Shown here: piece after piece, positions 55,450 through 64,000 of the stretch
How positions within the stretch are numbered: position 1 is the stretch's first letter
Layout of the letters: each line of letters starts with the position of its first letter
Source: a virus
Length of the DNA stretch: 64,000 bases
Direction: 5' to 3' (one strand)
IMG/VR virus record: IMGVR_UViG_3300031111_000008
Location: 28,112-92,111 of that record
The notes under the pieces: model-generated
What the model was told of the DNA's origin: nothing
The model's database searches: none
Seen by the model: only the letters and a program-made list of their open reading frames with translations
Translations under genes and position numbers: made by a program

Positions 55450-55893
55450 TCAGTTGTTACGATTCTTGCTTGTGGAGACTACTGAAAGAATACTGCTTAC
55501 TGATCCCTCGTAGTCTGAATGCACAGAAACCACGAGGGCTTCTCCTTCGTCACGGAACCAGTTTGATGGTACTATTACGACATCACCAACTTTTACGTCG
55601 TATTCACAGTGATAGGCATACGCATTACCACTTCCAGCAAACTTGACTTCGATCAATCCTGGTATTGCATTGGCAATTTTTTTGGCGGTTCTTTCTGCTT
55701 CTGCTTTTTCTTTGGCTGCTTTCTCGCAGGCTTTGCAACAATTTCCTACGCCCCGTACAAACCCTTCCAGATCTTCCCACAATGGGAATTGTTTTTTGCA
55801 GAAGGGGCATTCGTATCCTTCCTTCTCAGCATTGCGTCCGGCTAGGCACACGGATTTCTCCTCCCTAATGATAAGTGATTTCAAATCTGACAA
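55450..55893 (-). CDS. Zn-finger hypothetical protein
   Basis: CPFC..CKAC. Confidence 0.5.
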   Translation of the reverse strand: MSDLKSLIIREEKSVCLAGRNAEKEGYECPFCKKQFPLWEDLEGFVRGVGNCCKACEKAAKEKAEAERTAKKIANAIPGLIEVKFAGSGNAYAYHCEYDVKVGDVVIVPSNWFRDEGEALVVSVHSDYEGSVSSILSVVSTSKNRNN

Positions 55894-56780
55894 GAGCCGT
55901 CTACAGAATTCTCCCTACCCGTGGGGATCCGCTCGACGGTTTCCCGGTGGACAATGCTGCCCTTCCGCATGACGATTTTGCAAAGGGATTTCTTCGGCCC
56001 ATACCAGACTAGAGCCGGATGCGGTCTTCTGATGTGGGGTATTACCTCCATTCCTGCTCCAATGTTCCAACCCTTTTTACCTCGACGATGTGCCTTCTTC
56101 ACGAACTTTGGATCCAGAGTCTTTTCAAACTTCTCCCGATCCTTCACCAACACGTCTGGGGAAATTAACTCGGCATCGTTTCCAATCAGGCAGAGGGTGC
56201 AGACAAGCCGCAGACAATCCATTTCTACGTCGGTAGGTAATTGCAAACCCACTGCCAGGGATTCCATGTCGGCTTCCAGGTCCAAGGTGCTTTCTACGCT
56301 TACTCCTTTTGCAGTGGGAAAGTTCCGGTAGGTATAAACCGGCAAACTTATGGTGGGTATATCAATGGGTTTCTGCCGTTCCCCCAGGTCCATCCAAATA
56401 GTGATCCCGCCTTGTCCCTGGAGGTTGCATCCAGAAATCAACAGACAACGAATCGATTCTTCCTTACCGTCTTGTTCCCAAGTGAATACGTTTTTGTTGG
56501 TGGGCAGGCGGATTTCCAGAACTTCCATAGGCAGCTTGATTAGCGCCGAGTCGATGTCCAATTTCAACCGAGTAAGCATCGGCACGATGGATGGGTAGAC
56601 GTTGTAGTATGGACACCGATCCTGTATCCAAAGCTTCTCCGCAGTGCAACGGTTTGCCAAAGTGGGATCGTCCTTGGCGGCGGCGATGTTCCAAGCTTCG
56701 TCATAAAAACCCTCGGCGGTTTGGTGGGTTCCCAGCTTTTTGAAGATCGGGAACAACGGCTGGAATTTGTGGAAGTTCAT
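55881..56780 (-). CDS. hypothetical protein (C-terminal PHIRRPH motif)
   Basis: 299 aa ORF. Confidence 0.6.
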   Translation of the reverse strand: MNFHKFQPLFPIFKKLGTHQTAEGFYDEAWNIAAAKDDPTLANRCTAEKLWIQDRCPYYNVYPSIVPMLTRLKLDIDSALIKLPMEVLEIRLPTNKNVFTWEQDGKEESIRCLLISGCNLQGQGGITIWMDLGERQKPIDIPTISLPVYTYRNFPTAKGVSVESTLDLEADMESLAVGLQLPTDVEMDCLRLVCTLCLIGNDAELISPDVLVKDREKFEKTLDPKFVKKAHRRGKKGWNIGAGMEVIPHIRRPHPALVWYGPKKSLCKIVMRKGSIVHRETVERIPTGRENSVDGSCQI

Positions 56781-56786
56781 TGGGTT

Positions 56787-57095
56787 CTACGATTTGTTTG
56801 AAGATAAATCAATAGAGGAAATCAGTAGGATTTCGATGGCTTCAAGATCCAAGCTGTTGATTAGAAAGGCTTGCAGATCCTTATTCCAACGAGTCTTTGT
56901 TTGCATAACTTCGAGCATGAACTTCAGTCGGTCCCGCACTAGCTCCAACCGCCTCTCGATGCTGGAGTTTTCGGCGGCGGCGACTTGTCCCTCCTCGTAC
57001 GCGATTTGGATCAGTGGATTTTTGTTCAAAGCTTCTGGAATTTCCTTGGGGTCTTTGGGAATTTTGTATTGGAACGTGCTTTTCTTTTTGCCCAT
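56787..57095 (-). CDS. hypothetical protein
   Basis: AAGGA RBS. Confidence 0.45.
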   Translation of the reverse strand: MGKKKSTFQYKIPKDPKEIPEALNKNPLIQIAYEEGQVAAAENSSIERRLELVRDRLKFMLEVMQTKTRWNKDLQAFLINSLDLEAIEILLISSIDLSSNKS

Positions 57096-57177
57096 TGTTG
57101 GTACTTCCTTGTAGAGAATGATAAGGGACTCAGAAATTGAAGTAGAAGGGTTTTCAGTTTCAGGGGGACTCCCCCAG

Positions 57178-57555
57178 TTAGGCGTCGACGCCGAGCACTC
57201 TGATTGTCTCCGCTATGCCGTTCTGCTGCGCGTAGATTATCCACTCGTTCCACTCGGGCGATCCGTAGTCCAGTGCTTCCCAATACTCCTGGCCCGGCAT
57301 GTCGCTAATACCGTTGGTGATTGCGTCATGAATGTCTTTAATTTTCAGGTCGCTCATAGTCTCGGTTCCTTTCCATTTCAGTTTACGGTTTTCGGTTGGG
57401 CACTTCCCCTCATGGTGTACGAGGTTGTCGTCCCACTCGCAATAGCCGTGCTTGATCAGCTTCAGGCAAATGACGTGCTCGGCTTGCGTGAGGTCTTCCC
57501 AACGAATTCCCGAGAGTTCATTTGCGATACTTTCCAGCAGTTCAAGAGGGGTCAT
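57178..57555 (-). CDS. hypothetical protein
   Basis: ORF on the dominant strand. Confidence 0.4.
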   Translation of the reverse strand: MTPLELLESIANELSGIRWEDLTQAEHVICLKLIKHGYCEWDDNLVHHEGKCPTENRKLKWKGTETMSDLKIKDIHDAITNGISDMPGQEYWEALDYGSPEWNEWIIYAQQNGIAETIRVLGVDA

Positions 57556-57924
57556 CTGTTATGCCTTCCATGAAAAACGATCAGGTGGTATAAGTAGGCA
57601 GCAGATAGCACCATGATAGCCAGGCTGTTAAGTATTGAAGCAACATCCATTATTCGGTTTCCTTTTCACATCGAGCAGTAGAGTATCCACACCACGATTC
57701 CGATAGCGCACATCAGGACGGCCAGGTCCAGGGCGAGCTTCCAGCGGGGGTACGGGGGGCGATTCCGCCAGCGATCTTGGTTCTCTTCCCAGTCGAGTCT
57801 ATCCTCTAATTCGTGCAGGTTCACGGCTTCTCCTTTCCGACATGGGCGCATACCGTGACAACGATCACGGCGACCACAATGGCGAGAACAATTTGTAGGT
57901 CTATGTTTTGTGTCTCCTTCGTGG

Positions 57925-58476
57925 TTACCAAGATGATCTGTAATAGAATTCGCCGGTCTCTTCGTCAAGCAACGGTTCCAGCATCTCGACGGTCTCGGTC
58001 AAATCTTGAAGGTAGTGTTCATCGTAATCCGTGCCGCCAAAGAAAAACCCTCCTTGCGTTGGCATGAGTTTGGCAGCAAGTCCCCCCTGAGCTACGACAG
58101 GCCCAGGGTGTGTATGCTGTTCAACGCGACCATCGGGGTGATAAGTCGCACCGTCCGCCACATCGCCCGTGACACATTCAACGCTGCGGATTACCTGTTT
58201 GCACAAATCTACCAATTCCCGTAATTGGTCTTGGTCTACATAGTATTCGCGGCAGTCGTCATTTCCAGATTGGACGTGATCTACAAACCATTTGTGGATG
58301 GCATTGGCCTTACGCCAGTAGGCCACTTCTTCGATGACGTGAGACACACGTTCTGGCTTGAATTCCGGGTGTGGCTTGCCACCCTTGGTTACGGTGACAG
58401 AGTGTGTCACCGCTTCCGATTGGTGGTCCCACCGTTTCACGTAAGTACGTTTCGAGAGGTACATATCAAGTCCCAT
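57925..58476 (-). CDS. conserved phage protein
   Basis: MGLDMYL..YWRKANAIHKWF..GFFFGGTDYD..YYRSSW; AAGGAG RBS. Confidence 0.75.
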   Translation of the reverse strand: MGLDMYLSKRTYVKRWDHQSEAVTHSVTVTKGGKPHPEFKPERVSHVIEEVAYWRKANAIHKWFVDHVQSGNDDCREYYVDQDQLRELVDLCKQVIRSVECVTGDVADGATYHPDGRVEQHTHPGPVVAQGGLAAKLMPTQGGFFFGGTDYDEHYLQDLTETVEMLEPLLDEETGEFYYRSSW

Positions 58477-58755
58477 GCCGTGTCTCCTTCGTGGTTAGTT
58501 AGTGAATCACTTTCCGCCCATTGTGAATCGTATCGAATAGTTCGGTGGTGCGGGCGGTTTCAGTCGTCGGAATTCAACTCGCCCGCATGTCTCACGGCCT
58601 CGTCACGGCGGCGTACTCCGTTCGCACGGTTCCGGTTTTGCCGCTCACGATAGCCCGCCCGGCGTCGTTGGTTAGGGGGGGTGGACTTCGTATTTTCTGC
58701 CACAGTCAATTATTTCGCTCATCGTTTCGTTTCTCCTAAATAAATGATAAGGGAC

Positions 58756-58962
58756 TCACGAATTGAAGGGGGTAAACATATTTTCCAGGGAACTCCATCG
58801 GATGAGGGGTCCGCACTCGACGCGCCAATCGTCCTTCTCGCTCGCCCGAAGTATCCCGACTGAGCCAAGGTAGTGTTTCAGGATCGTTTCACTATCGATG
58901 CCAAGAGGTTTTTCGATGATGGCACAGATACGATTCCCGTTGAAGATCAGGGCAACTTCCAT
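58756..58962 (-). CDS. hypothetical protein
   Basis: stop/start overlap with upstream ORF. Confidence 0.4.
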   Translation of the reverse strand: MEVALIFNGNRICAIIEKPLGIDSETILKHYLGSVGILRASEKDDWRVECGPLIRWSSLENMFTPFNS

Positions 58963-59279
58963 TATTCGGTTTCCTTCTCTAGTCGAGAGCGGTTGAAGAT
59001 TACATCATCGTGGAATGGGGGCCAAGGCAAGACTCTTGTTGTTCCATCGACTAGCTTGAAGACGATCAGTCGAGAGAACTTCCTACGGTTGTACCTCTTC
59101 CGGATCTCCATCGGGATCTTGGCCCAATTGTAAGTGAATTGGTTGCCCGCCTCACGAACTTCTCGGATCATGTTCCAAGAAAGTCCATGTTCTTCCAACC
59201 ACTCGTAGTAGGCGAGTATGGAAGTGAGACGGTTCATTTCTGAAAGCTTGCTTTGCAAGTTAGCTAGTTTGGAGTTCAT
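58962..59279 (-). CDS. hypothetical protein
   Basis: 105 aa ORF. Confidence 0.45.
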   Translation of the reverse strand: MNSKLANLQSKLSEMNRLTSILAYYEWLEEHGLSWNMIREVREAGNQFTYNWAKIPMEIRKRYNRRKFSRLIVFKLVDGTTRVLPWPPFHDDVIFNRSRLEKETE

Positions 59280-59437
59280 TGCTGCTTTACAATTCTAGTC
59301 TTTGTGTTTACGTCAGCGCAGTAAACGTAGGGCATATTATCGTCTCCGCCTTCGTCTTGGAAATGGGAAAGAGTGTGCGAAATCGTAAGCGACACACACA
59401 GCCGCTACGATCACGGCGGCGATTTCTACTTGGTCCA

Positions 59438-60370
59438 TCAATCGATCTCCTGATAGGGTCCGGGTTCCTCCGTTTCAGGCAGGCTGGCCCATTCTTTGGT
59501 GTGGTAGCTCAACCCACCATCCTTGATGAATTCTTCGGCACTTCCGTAGCCGTAATACTCGGCCATTCTATCAATTTCCCACCACTCGTCGCGGGTATAC
59601 TCGGAAAGCTTCTTTTCCTCCTGCGCAGTACCCTTATCATCCAGCCACCAATCGTTGTAGGTGTCCACGTACTTGGCGGGCTTTTCCACAATGGGCATTG
59701 GGATGTCTTTGTAATCGTTCCAGAATTCTGCGAAAATCCTAGCTTGCCGTCGGGTGTCGTTGAGATTAGCCCAACAATGCTTGCTGTGCTCCTGGTAGTA
59801 GCCCGTGCCGATGTTGAAACCTACTACACCCAGGTGCTCCAGGTAGCAAATATCGGAGAAGGATCCCCAGCCAGCGTAGATCCCATAACGCTCTAGGGCG
59901 TCGATGTATTCGTGGTGTTCATAATCGTACATCACGAAGTCGGTCCCCTTGCGGTCAAATTCCACCATCCAATTGTAGTCTTTGACTTTGGGGAAATGCT
60001 GGGCGGTAGACTGCCCTACCTCTTCGCAGTCGGTGAGCAATACATCGACGTTGACGCCGATTTTGGGCAGCATGTAGAGAAGCACCCACACGCCCAGCCG
60101 GTCATCCAGCTGAGGGCAGAAGACGTAGGGGCCTTCCTTGGTGGGCTTGGATACCATCACGGCGTCGAGATGGGCAACGGCCAGCACGTCCGCACCGTTG
60201 TCTCGGTAGTACAAAGCGCCGGTTGGGTTCTGTAGTTCGCCCCCCCACTTGTTGGATTTGATAGGTTCTGTAAGACAGTCGTGTAGTTTCACGTTGGTAG
60301 TCCTTTGGTTTTGCAGGTGGTTGGCAATTTCCCCCAATGGGAGGAAATGATAAGGGGTGGTTGAATTCAA
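59438..60370 (-). CDS. M28/M20-like metallopeptidase
   Basis: AHLD, LDDRLG, EEVG, FDRKG, SFSDI, GYYQEH. Confidence 0.8.
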   Translation of the reverse strand: MNSTTPYHFLPLGEIANHLQNQRTTNVKLHDCLTEPIKSNKWGGELQNPTGALYYRDNGADVLAVAHLDAVMVSKPTKEGPYVFCPQLDDRLGVWVLLYMLPKIGVNVDVLLTDCEEVGQSTAQHFPKVKDYNWMVEFDRKGTDFVMYDYEHHEYIDALERYGIYAGWGSFSDICYLEHLGVVGFNIGTGYYQEHSKHCWANLNDTRRQARIFAEFWNDYKDIPMPIVEKPAKYVDTYNDWWLDDKGTAQEEKKLSEYTRDEWWEIDRMAEYYGYGSAEEFIKDGGLSYHTKEWASLPETEEPGPYQEID

Positions 60371-61422
60371 TCAACCATTGTCAATTTTGCCGATAGCCCC
60401 TGTGTGCTACGGAAAATTTCAACTTCGTTTGTTCGATAGACAAGAACGTTTGAATCATCTTGTGGCTTTGGTGGTTTTGTTGAACTCTTGAAGACAATTA
60501 CAGATTGATCTTTGCACTCTTTTACGGTAGCCGAGCCGCAAGCCGTCACGGTGGCCGAATCGCGAGCCCTCACGGTAGCCGAGCCGTAAGCCTGCACGGT
60601 AGCCGAATCGCGAGCCCTTACGGTAGCCGAGTCGAAAGCCCGCACGGTAGCCGAGTCGAAAGCCTTTACGGTAGCCGAGTCGAAAGCCCGCACGGTAGCC
60701 GAATCAAAAGCCCACACGGTAGCCGAGCCGTAAGCCCTCACGGTAGCCGAGCCGTAAGCCCGCACGGTAGCCGAGTCGAAAGCCCGCACGGTAGCCGAAT
60801 CGCGAGCCCTCACGGTAGCCGAGCCGGAAGCCGTCACGGTAGCCGAGTTGCAAGCCCGCACGGTAGCCGAATCGCGAGCCGTCACGGTGGCCGAGCCGGA
60901 AGCCCTCACGGTAGCCGAGTTGCAAGCCGTCACGGTGGCCGAATCGCAAGCCGTCACGGTGGCCGAGTTGTGAGCCCGCACGATGGCCAAATCGCGAGCC
61001 CATACGGTAGCCGAATCGTAAGCCGTCACGGTAGCCGAGCCGGAAGCGTGTACGGTAGCCGAGTCGGAAGCCGTCACGGTGACCGAGCCTACAGCGTATA
61101 CCTCTCCTTCCTTAACCTCTCTTTTTCCTTCTCTGATGATTTTCTTCTCGGCCCAATCGACCAGCCCCAACCTGGTGCGGCGTTCGATGTCTCGTACGCC
61201 CGCCCAGTCTGGGAGGATGTCTTGATCGAGTTGAAAGTTCCACTCGTCAAGAGGTTTTGAGAAGTCTTTTTCGGGCGGCGTAATCTCCACGCGGACGATA
61301 TTCGGACCCCGAACTCCGTCTGCGTTCAGAGAATGCTCGTCGATGATGTCTTCGTGAGAATCTGTTTTGACCGACCAAAAGATCTTATCTTTTGTCAGAA
61401 CGAAAGAGGCTGGTTGACACAT
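60367..61422 (-). CDS. 8-aa repeat solenoid protein, copy B
   Basis: starts MCQPASF as copy A; ~24 repeats. Confidence 0.8.
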   Translation of the reverse strand: MCQPASFVLTKDKIFWSVKTDSHEDIIDEHSLNADGVRGPNIVRVEITPPEKDFSKPLDEWNFQLDQDILPDWAGVRDIERRTRLGLVDWAEKKIIREGKREVKEGEVYAVGSVTVTASDSATVHASGSATVTAYDSATVWARDLAIVRAHNSATVTACDSATVTACNSATVRASGSATVTARDSATVRACNSATVTASGSATVRARDSATVRAFDSATVRAYGSATVRAYGSATVWAFDSATVRAFDSATVKAFDSATVRAFDSATVRARDSATVQAYGSATVRARDSATVTACGSATVKECKDQSVIVFKSSTKPPKPQDDSNVLVYRTNEVEIFRSTQGLSAKLTMVD

Positions 61423-61465
61423 TTTTTGGGTTCTCTCTTTTTTGGAGAAATGATAAGCGATTGAC

Positions 61466-61717
61466 TCACCGGCGGCGGATGAAGCCGTCACGGCAGATCA
61501 CCAGCATATCGACCAGCTTATCACCTTCTGCTCTGGGGAAGTTGGTAACCAGTTCACCAGAAGCCAAAGGGGGTCGGGATAGGTCTAGGTAGTGCTCCCA
61601 AACTCTGGCGGTGTCCCGTTCGCGCGTTGATGCTATCGGGCCGTCGTTGTCGGCCAGGGTCCAGATAGAGCCGTATTCGCCATCGATACGGGAAACGGCT
61701 AGGGTTGCGTATTGCAT
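61466..61717 (-). CDS. hypothetical protein
   Basis: GAGG RBS before MQYATL. Confidence 0.4.
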   Translation of the reverse strand: MQYATLAVSRIDGEYGSIWTLADNDGPIASTRERDTARVWEHYLDLSRPPLASGELVTNFPRAEGDKLVDMLVICRDGFIRRR

Positions 61718-61758
61718 CTTGAAGCCTCTTAGGGTTGGTTCTGGCGGACGTGTGGGGC

Positions 61759-62055
61759 TCAGGCGTCGAGGGCGGTGGCGAAGTTCCGTTCCGGTTCGCA
61801 CTTCGGGTACGGCTTGCCCTCGATCACGATTGTTTGGTAGGCCCTCTCCCAAGCTTCTTGGCGGTGGAACCGTCCCCAGCCGACTACTTTAGGACGTGGA
61901 CCCATCTTGTACCTTTGCTCGATGCTGAAGGCGTGGGGGCTTTCGTGGCGGGTGAAGTTTACCATGCAATTCCGATAGTTCCCATCATTGAAAACGTGTT
62001 CCGTGAATTGCCAGCCTTTCGCGAGAATGGCGTTTTGCATTTCGGTAATGGTCAT
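61759..62055 (-). CDS. hypothetical protein
   Basis: GGAG RBS. Confidence 0.45.
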   Translation of the reverse strand: MTITEMQNAILAKGWQFTEHVFNDGNYRNCMVNFTRHESPHAFSIEQRYKMGPRPKVVGWGRFHRQEAWERAYQTIVIEGKPYPKCEPERNFATALDA

Positions 62056-62097
62056 TTGTTGGGATTCTCCAGAAATGATAAGGGATACACAAAACGG

Positions 62098-62331
62098 TCA
62101 GCGGGTAGTCTTGACGACGATGTCTTCTTGTCCGTTGTCGGGGCTAATCCGTAGGGTTAGGTTTCCCTCCGTGTCAGCGGTTCCAGAAATTAGAACGACG
62201 CCCCGCCGGGTGCCGTCGTCCCGCATCATGATGGACATGTCGAATCCGCCGTCTTTCCGCCGGGGTCCGCCGGAAAGCATAGTTGAGCGCCCATCGATTT
62301 GACAGTTGATGTAAAAGTTGCGAGTAGCCAT
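62098..62331 (-). CDS. hypothetical protein
   Basis: RNFYI..IDGR..GGP..KDGG. Confidence 0.5.
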   Translation of the reverse strand: MATRNFYINCQIDGRSTMLSGGPRRKDGGFDMSIMMRDDGTRRGVVLISGTADTEGNLTLRISPDNGQEDIVVKTTR

Positions 62332-62602
62332 AGTTTTGAGTTCTCTCGTTTTGAAGGGTGTTTAGGTTCACGCCCTACCCTCGGGGTGCTGGGCGGACAA
62401 TCGTTACTTCGGTAAAGCACGCAAATTTGTTGAATTGTTCCGTGAACATCGGTCTAGCTCCTCAATTCAGGTTAGGTGATTGTTGGTCCGGACGGTTCGG
62501 GGTCGTCGTCTTCGTCTTCGTAGAAATCTTCGGGATCGTTCACGTCGAATCCCCGACTTCTCAACTCGTTTGTTGTTCGCTTTGTCCCTTGCGATACCAA
62601 CT

Positions 62603-62631
62603 ATTTTACCATAGGTTGGGAAGCTTGTCAA
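62603..62631 (-). promoter_or_regulatory. sigma70-like promoter
   Basis: TTGACA-17-TAAAAT. Confidence 0.8.
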
Positions 62632-62660
62632 CAGCATTTGAAAAATTTTACTGCGAATAA

Positions 62661-63164
62661 TTAGATCGACCAGACTTCGCGGAGGTCGTTCCTAGCAACA
62701 CGGAAACCGGGCCGAGGAACGGCAGGGATTTCCACTTCGTACAACGTGGCGCTGCCGTGGGAGCCCTCTAGAAGCACGTAACCCGTTGCATCATCGGGAA
62801 CCTCTTCCAGATCCGAGACTCGTAAAACTTCACCATCATAATAATCATCGTCGTAGAAAAGTTCTTCGGTTACCCAGAAACCGTAGTCGGCACCGTCGCC
62901 GGGATGGGAACCGAAGTAGCAGAAGGGCGGAGCGTGTTCGTTCAGCATGTCGAATAGATCTTCGTTTAGATCGTACATTGCATCGTCGGAATTGTAATAG
63001 CTTTCGGGTTCCGTTTCGATACGCCGCTCGATGTCGTCCAGCTTACCGTCTTCGTGTCCCAGCGACCGCAAAACGCAGACGAATCGGGGGATTAGATCCT
63101 CTACCTGCATCGTGGCGCTAGAAACCGATCCGAGTTCAGCCGTTTTGAATTTGTTGTCTGACAT
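62661..63164 (-). CDS. conserved phage hypothetical protein
   Basis: YFGSHPGDGADYGFW; GGAG RBS. Confidence 0.65.
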   Translation of the reverse strand: MSDNKFKTAELGSVSSATMQVEDLIPRFVCVLRSLGHEDGKLDDIERRIETEPESYYNSDDAMYDLNEDLFDMLNEHAPPFCYFGSHPGDGADYGFWVTEELFYDDDYYDGEVLRVSDLEEVPDDATGYVLLEGSHGSATLYEVEIPAVPRPGFRVARNDLREVWSI

Positions 63165-63188
63165 ATTAGGTTCTCCGTGAGTGTTGGA

Positions 63189-63458
63189 TTATCTATAATT
63201 TTCATCTTTGATGTTTCCGGCGGCGATCCAGACGATTCGCTCCCAGTTGTCCGAGTCGTTGGCTAGTTGATCGTCATCCCAAGCCCCATATTCTGCTAGC
63301 TCATCCCGCAAAGCTTCCGGGGTGCAATCGTCGGGACGGTCAATTTTCGGCGCCCATGCTTCCACATCGGGCCCGCAATCTCCCTGATGTGAGCAATCGT
63401 CAACGGCTTCTCGGGGCATTGTGATTTCAAATCTTTCAAACATTGAAGACAAATTCAT
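63189..63458 (-). CDS. hypothetical protein
   Basis: GAGGG RBS; EYGAWD..RIVWIAAG. Confidence 0.55.
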   Translation of the reverse strand: MNLSSMFERFEITMPREAVDDCSHQGDCGPDVEAWAPKIDRPDDCTPEALRDELAEYGAWDDDQLANDSDNWERIVWIAAGNIKDENYR

Positions 63459-63504
63459 GGTTTGTGTCCCTCGGTCAATTGTTTTGTTGTTTGTGATGGG
63501 TACT

Positions 63505-63533
63505 ATTTTATACTTTTTCGGTTTGCTTGTCAA
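63505..63533 (-). promoter_or_regulatory. sigma70-like promoter
   Basis: TTGACA-17-TAAAAT. Confidence 0.75.
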
Positions 63534-63550
63534 CACTAGTTTTGCATGTT

Positions 63551-63710
63551 AATGATAAGTGATCGACAAAATGAAGTAGAGGGGTGCGCAAAATCGAGGG
63601 GACTCCCCCGCCCCGCACCGTCCCGGCGTCGGGTTGGGTTTCCTGGAAAAAATGATAAGTGACTAACAAAATGAAGTAGAGGGGTGCGCAGTTTCGAGGG
63701 GACTATACGT
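63551..63710. repeat. two copies of ~55-60-bp dispersed element beginning AATGATAAG
   Basis: 63551 and 63651; related copies at 57117 and 58743. Confidence 0.7.
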
Positions 63711-63824
63711 CCCCCTCCTGAGGTGGCAGACCCAATTCAGGGGGGCCTGGTCTAGGGGGAGGGGTGTTTGCTCACCCCCCGTGGGGTGTTTGCCCTATGC
63801 CCGTCAATTGGGCATAGTTGCGCT

Positions 63825-64000
63825 GTCGACCTTCGAGTGGCTCATCGTGGCCCAGGTCGCTGCCGAGAGGCCCGTCGACCTTCGAGTGGCTCATCGTGGC
63901 CCAGGTCGCTGCCGAGAGGCCCGTCGACCTTCGAGTGGCTCATCGTGGCCCAGGTCGCTGCCGAGAGGCCCGTCGACCTTCGAGTGGCTCATCGTGGCCC
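63825..64000. repeat. perfect 49-bp tandem repeat, 3.6 copies, runs off window
   Basis: GTCGACCTTCGAGTGGCTCATCGTGGCCCAGGTCGCTGCCGAGAGGCCC at 63825, 63874, 63923, 63972. Confidence 0.95.

Noticed and set aside
53446-61260. Plus-strand repeat ORFs 53446..54270 and 60505..61260
   Set aside because: Antisense shadows of the 24-nt repeat genes.
63825-64000. 49-bp repeats as a second CRISPR array
   Set aside because: Copies are head-to-tail with no spacers.

Overview
A 64-kb segment of a large tailed dsDNA phage genome; no capsid or terminase genes fall in this window. All calls are from motif reading only, with no database searches run. On the + strand, in order: tail assembly chaperone with a -1 frameshift, tape measure and small tail genes (1-5.4 kb); an ~11-kb glycan-modification block of glycosyl-, methyl- and sulfotransferase-like genes, a radical SAM gene and kdsB (5.5-16.7 kb); and a long replication/recombination module (SNF2 helicase, primase, DnaB-like helicase, clamp, clamp loader, split UDG-PolA, SSB, RecA, 5'-3' exonuclease, RuvC, split SbcC/SbcD, ThyX) containing csrA and four tRNA-like RNAs. 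From ~51.8 kb the genes switch to the - strand (early-type region with sigma70-like promoters). The highlight lies between recA and the exonuclease gene, where two candidate RNA-guided systems sit side by side. (i) A 1.16-kb non-coding array of nine units, each a run of phased G[G/T][C/T]NN pentamers closed by a conserved ~35-nt motif, is followed by an HNH gene and a stand-alone RAMP/Cas7-like gene. It is a candidate gapped-code guide-RNA system; the NN positions of one unit spell a RecA-type Walker A. (ii) A minimal Cas12f1-like effector with a tracrRNA candidate and an 8-repeat CRISPR array is flanked by a duplication of the exonuclease gene start. The host cannot be determined from this window.
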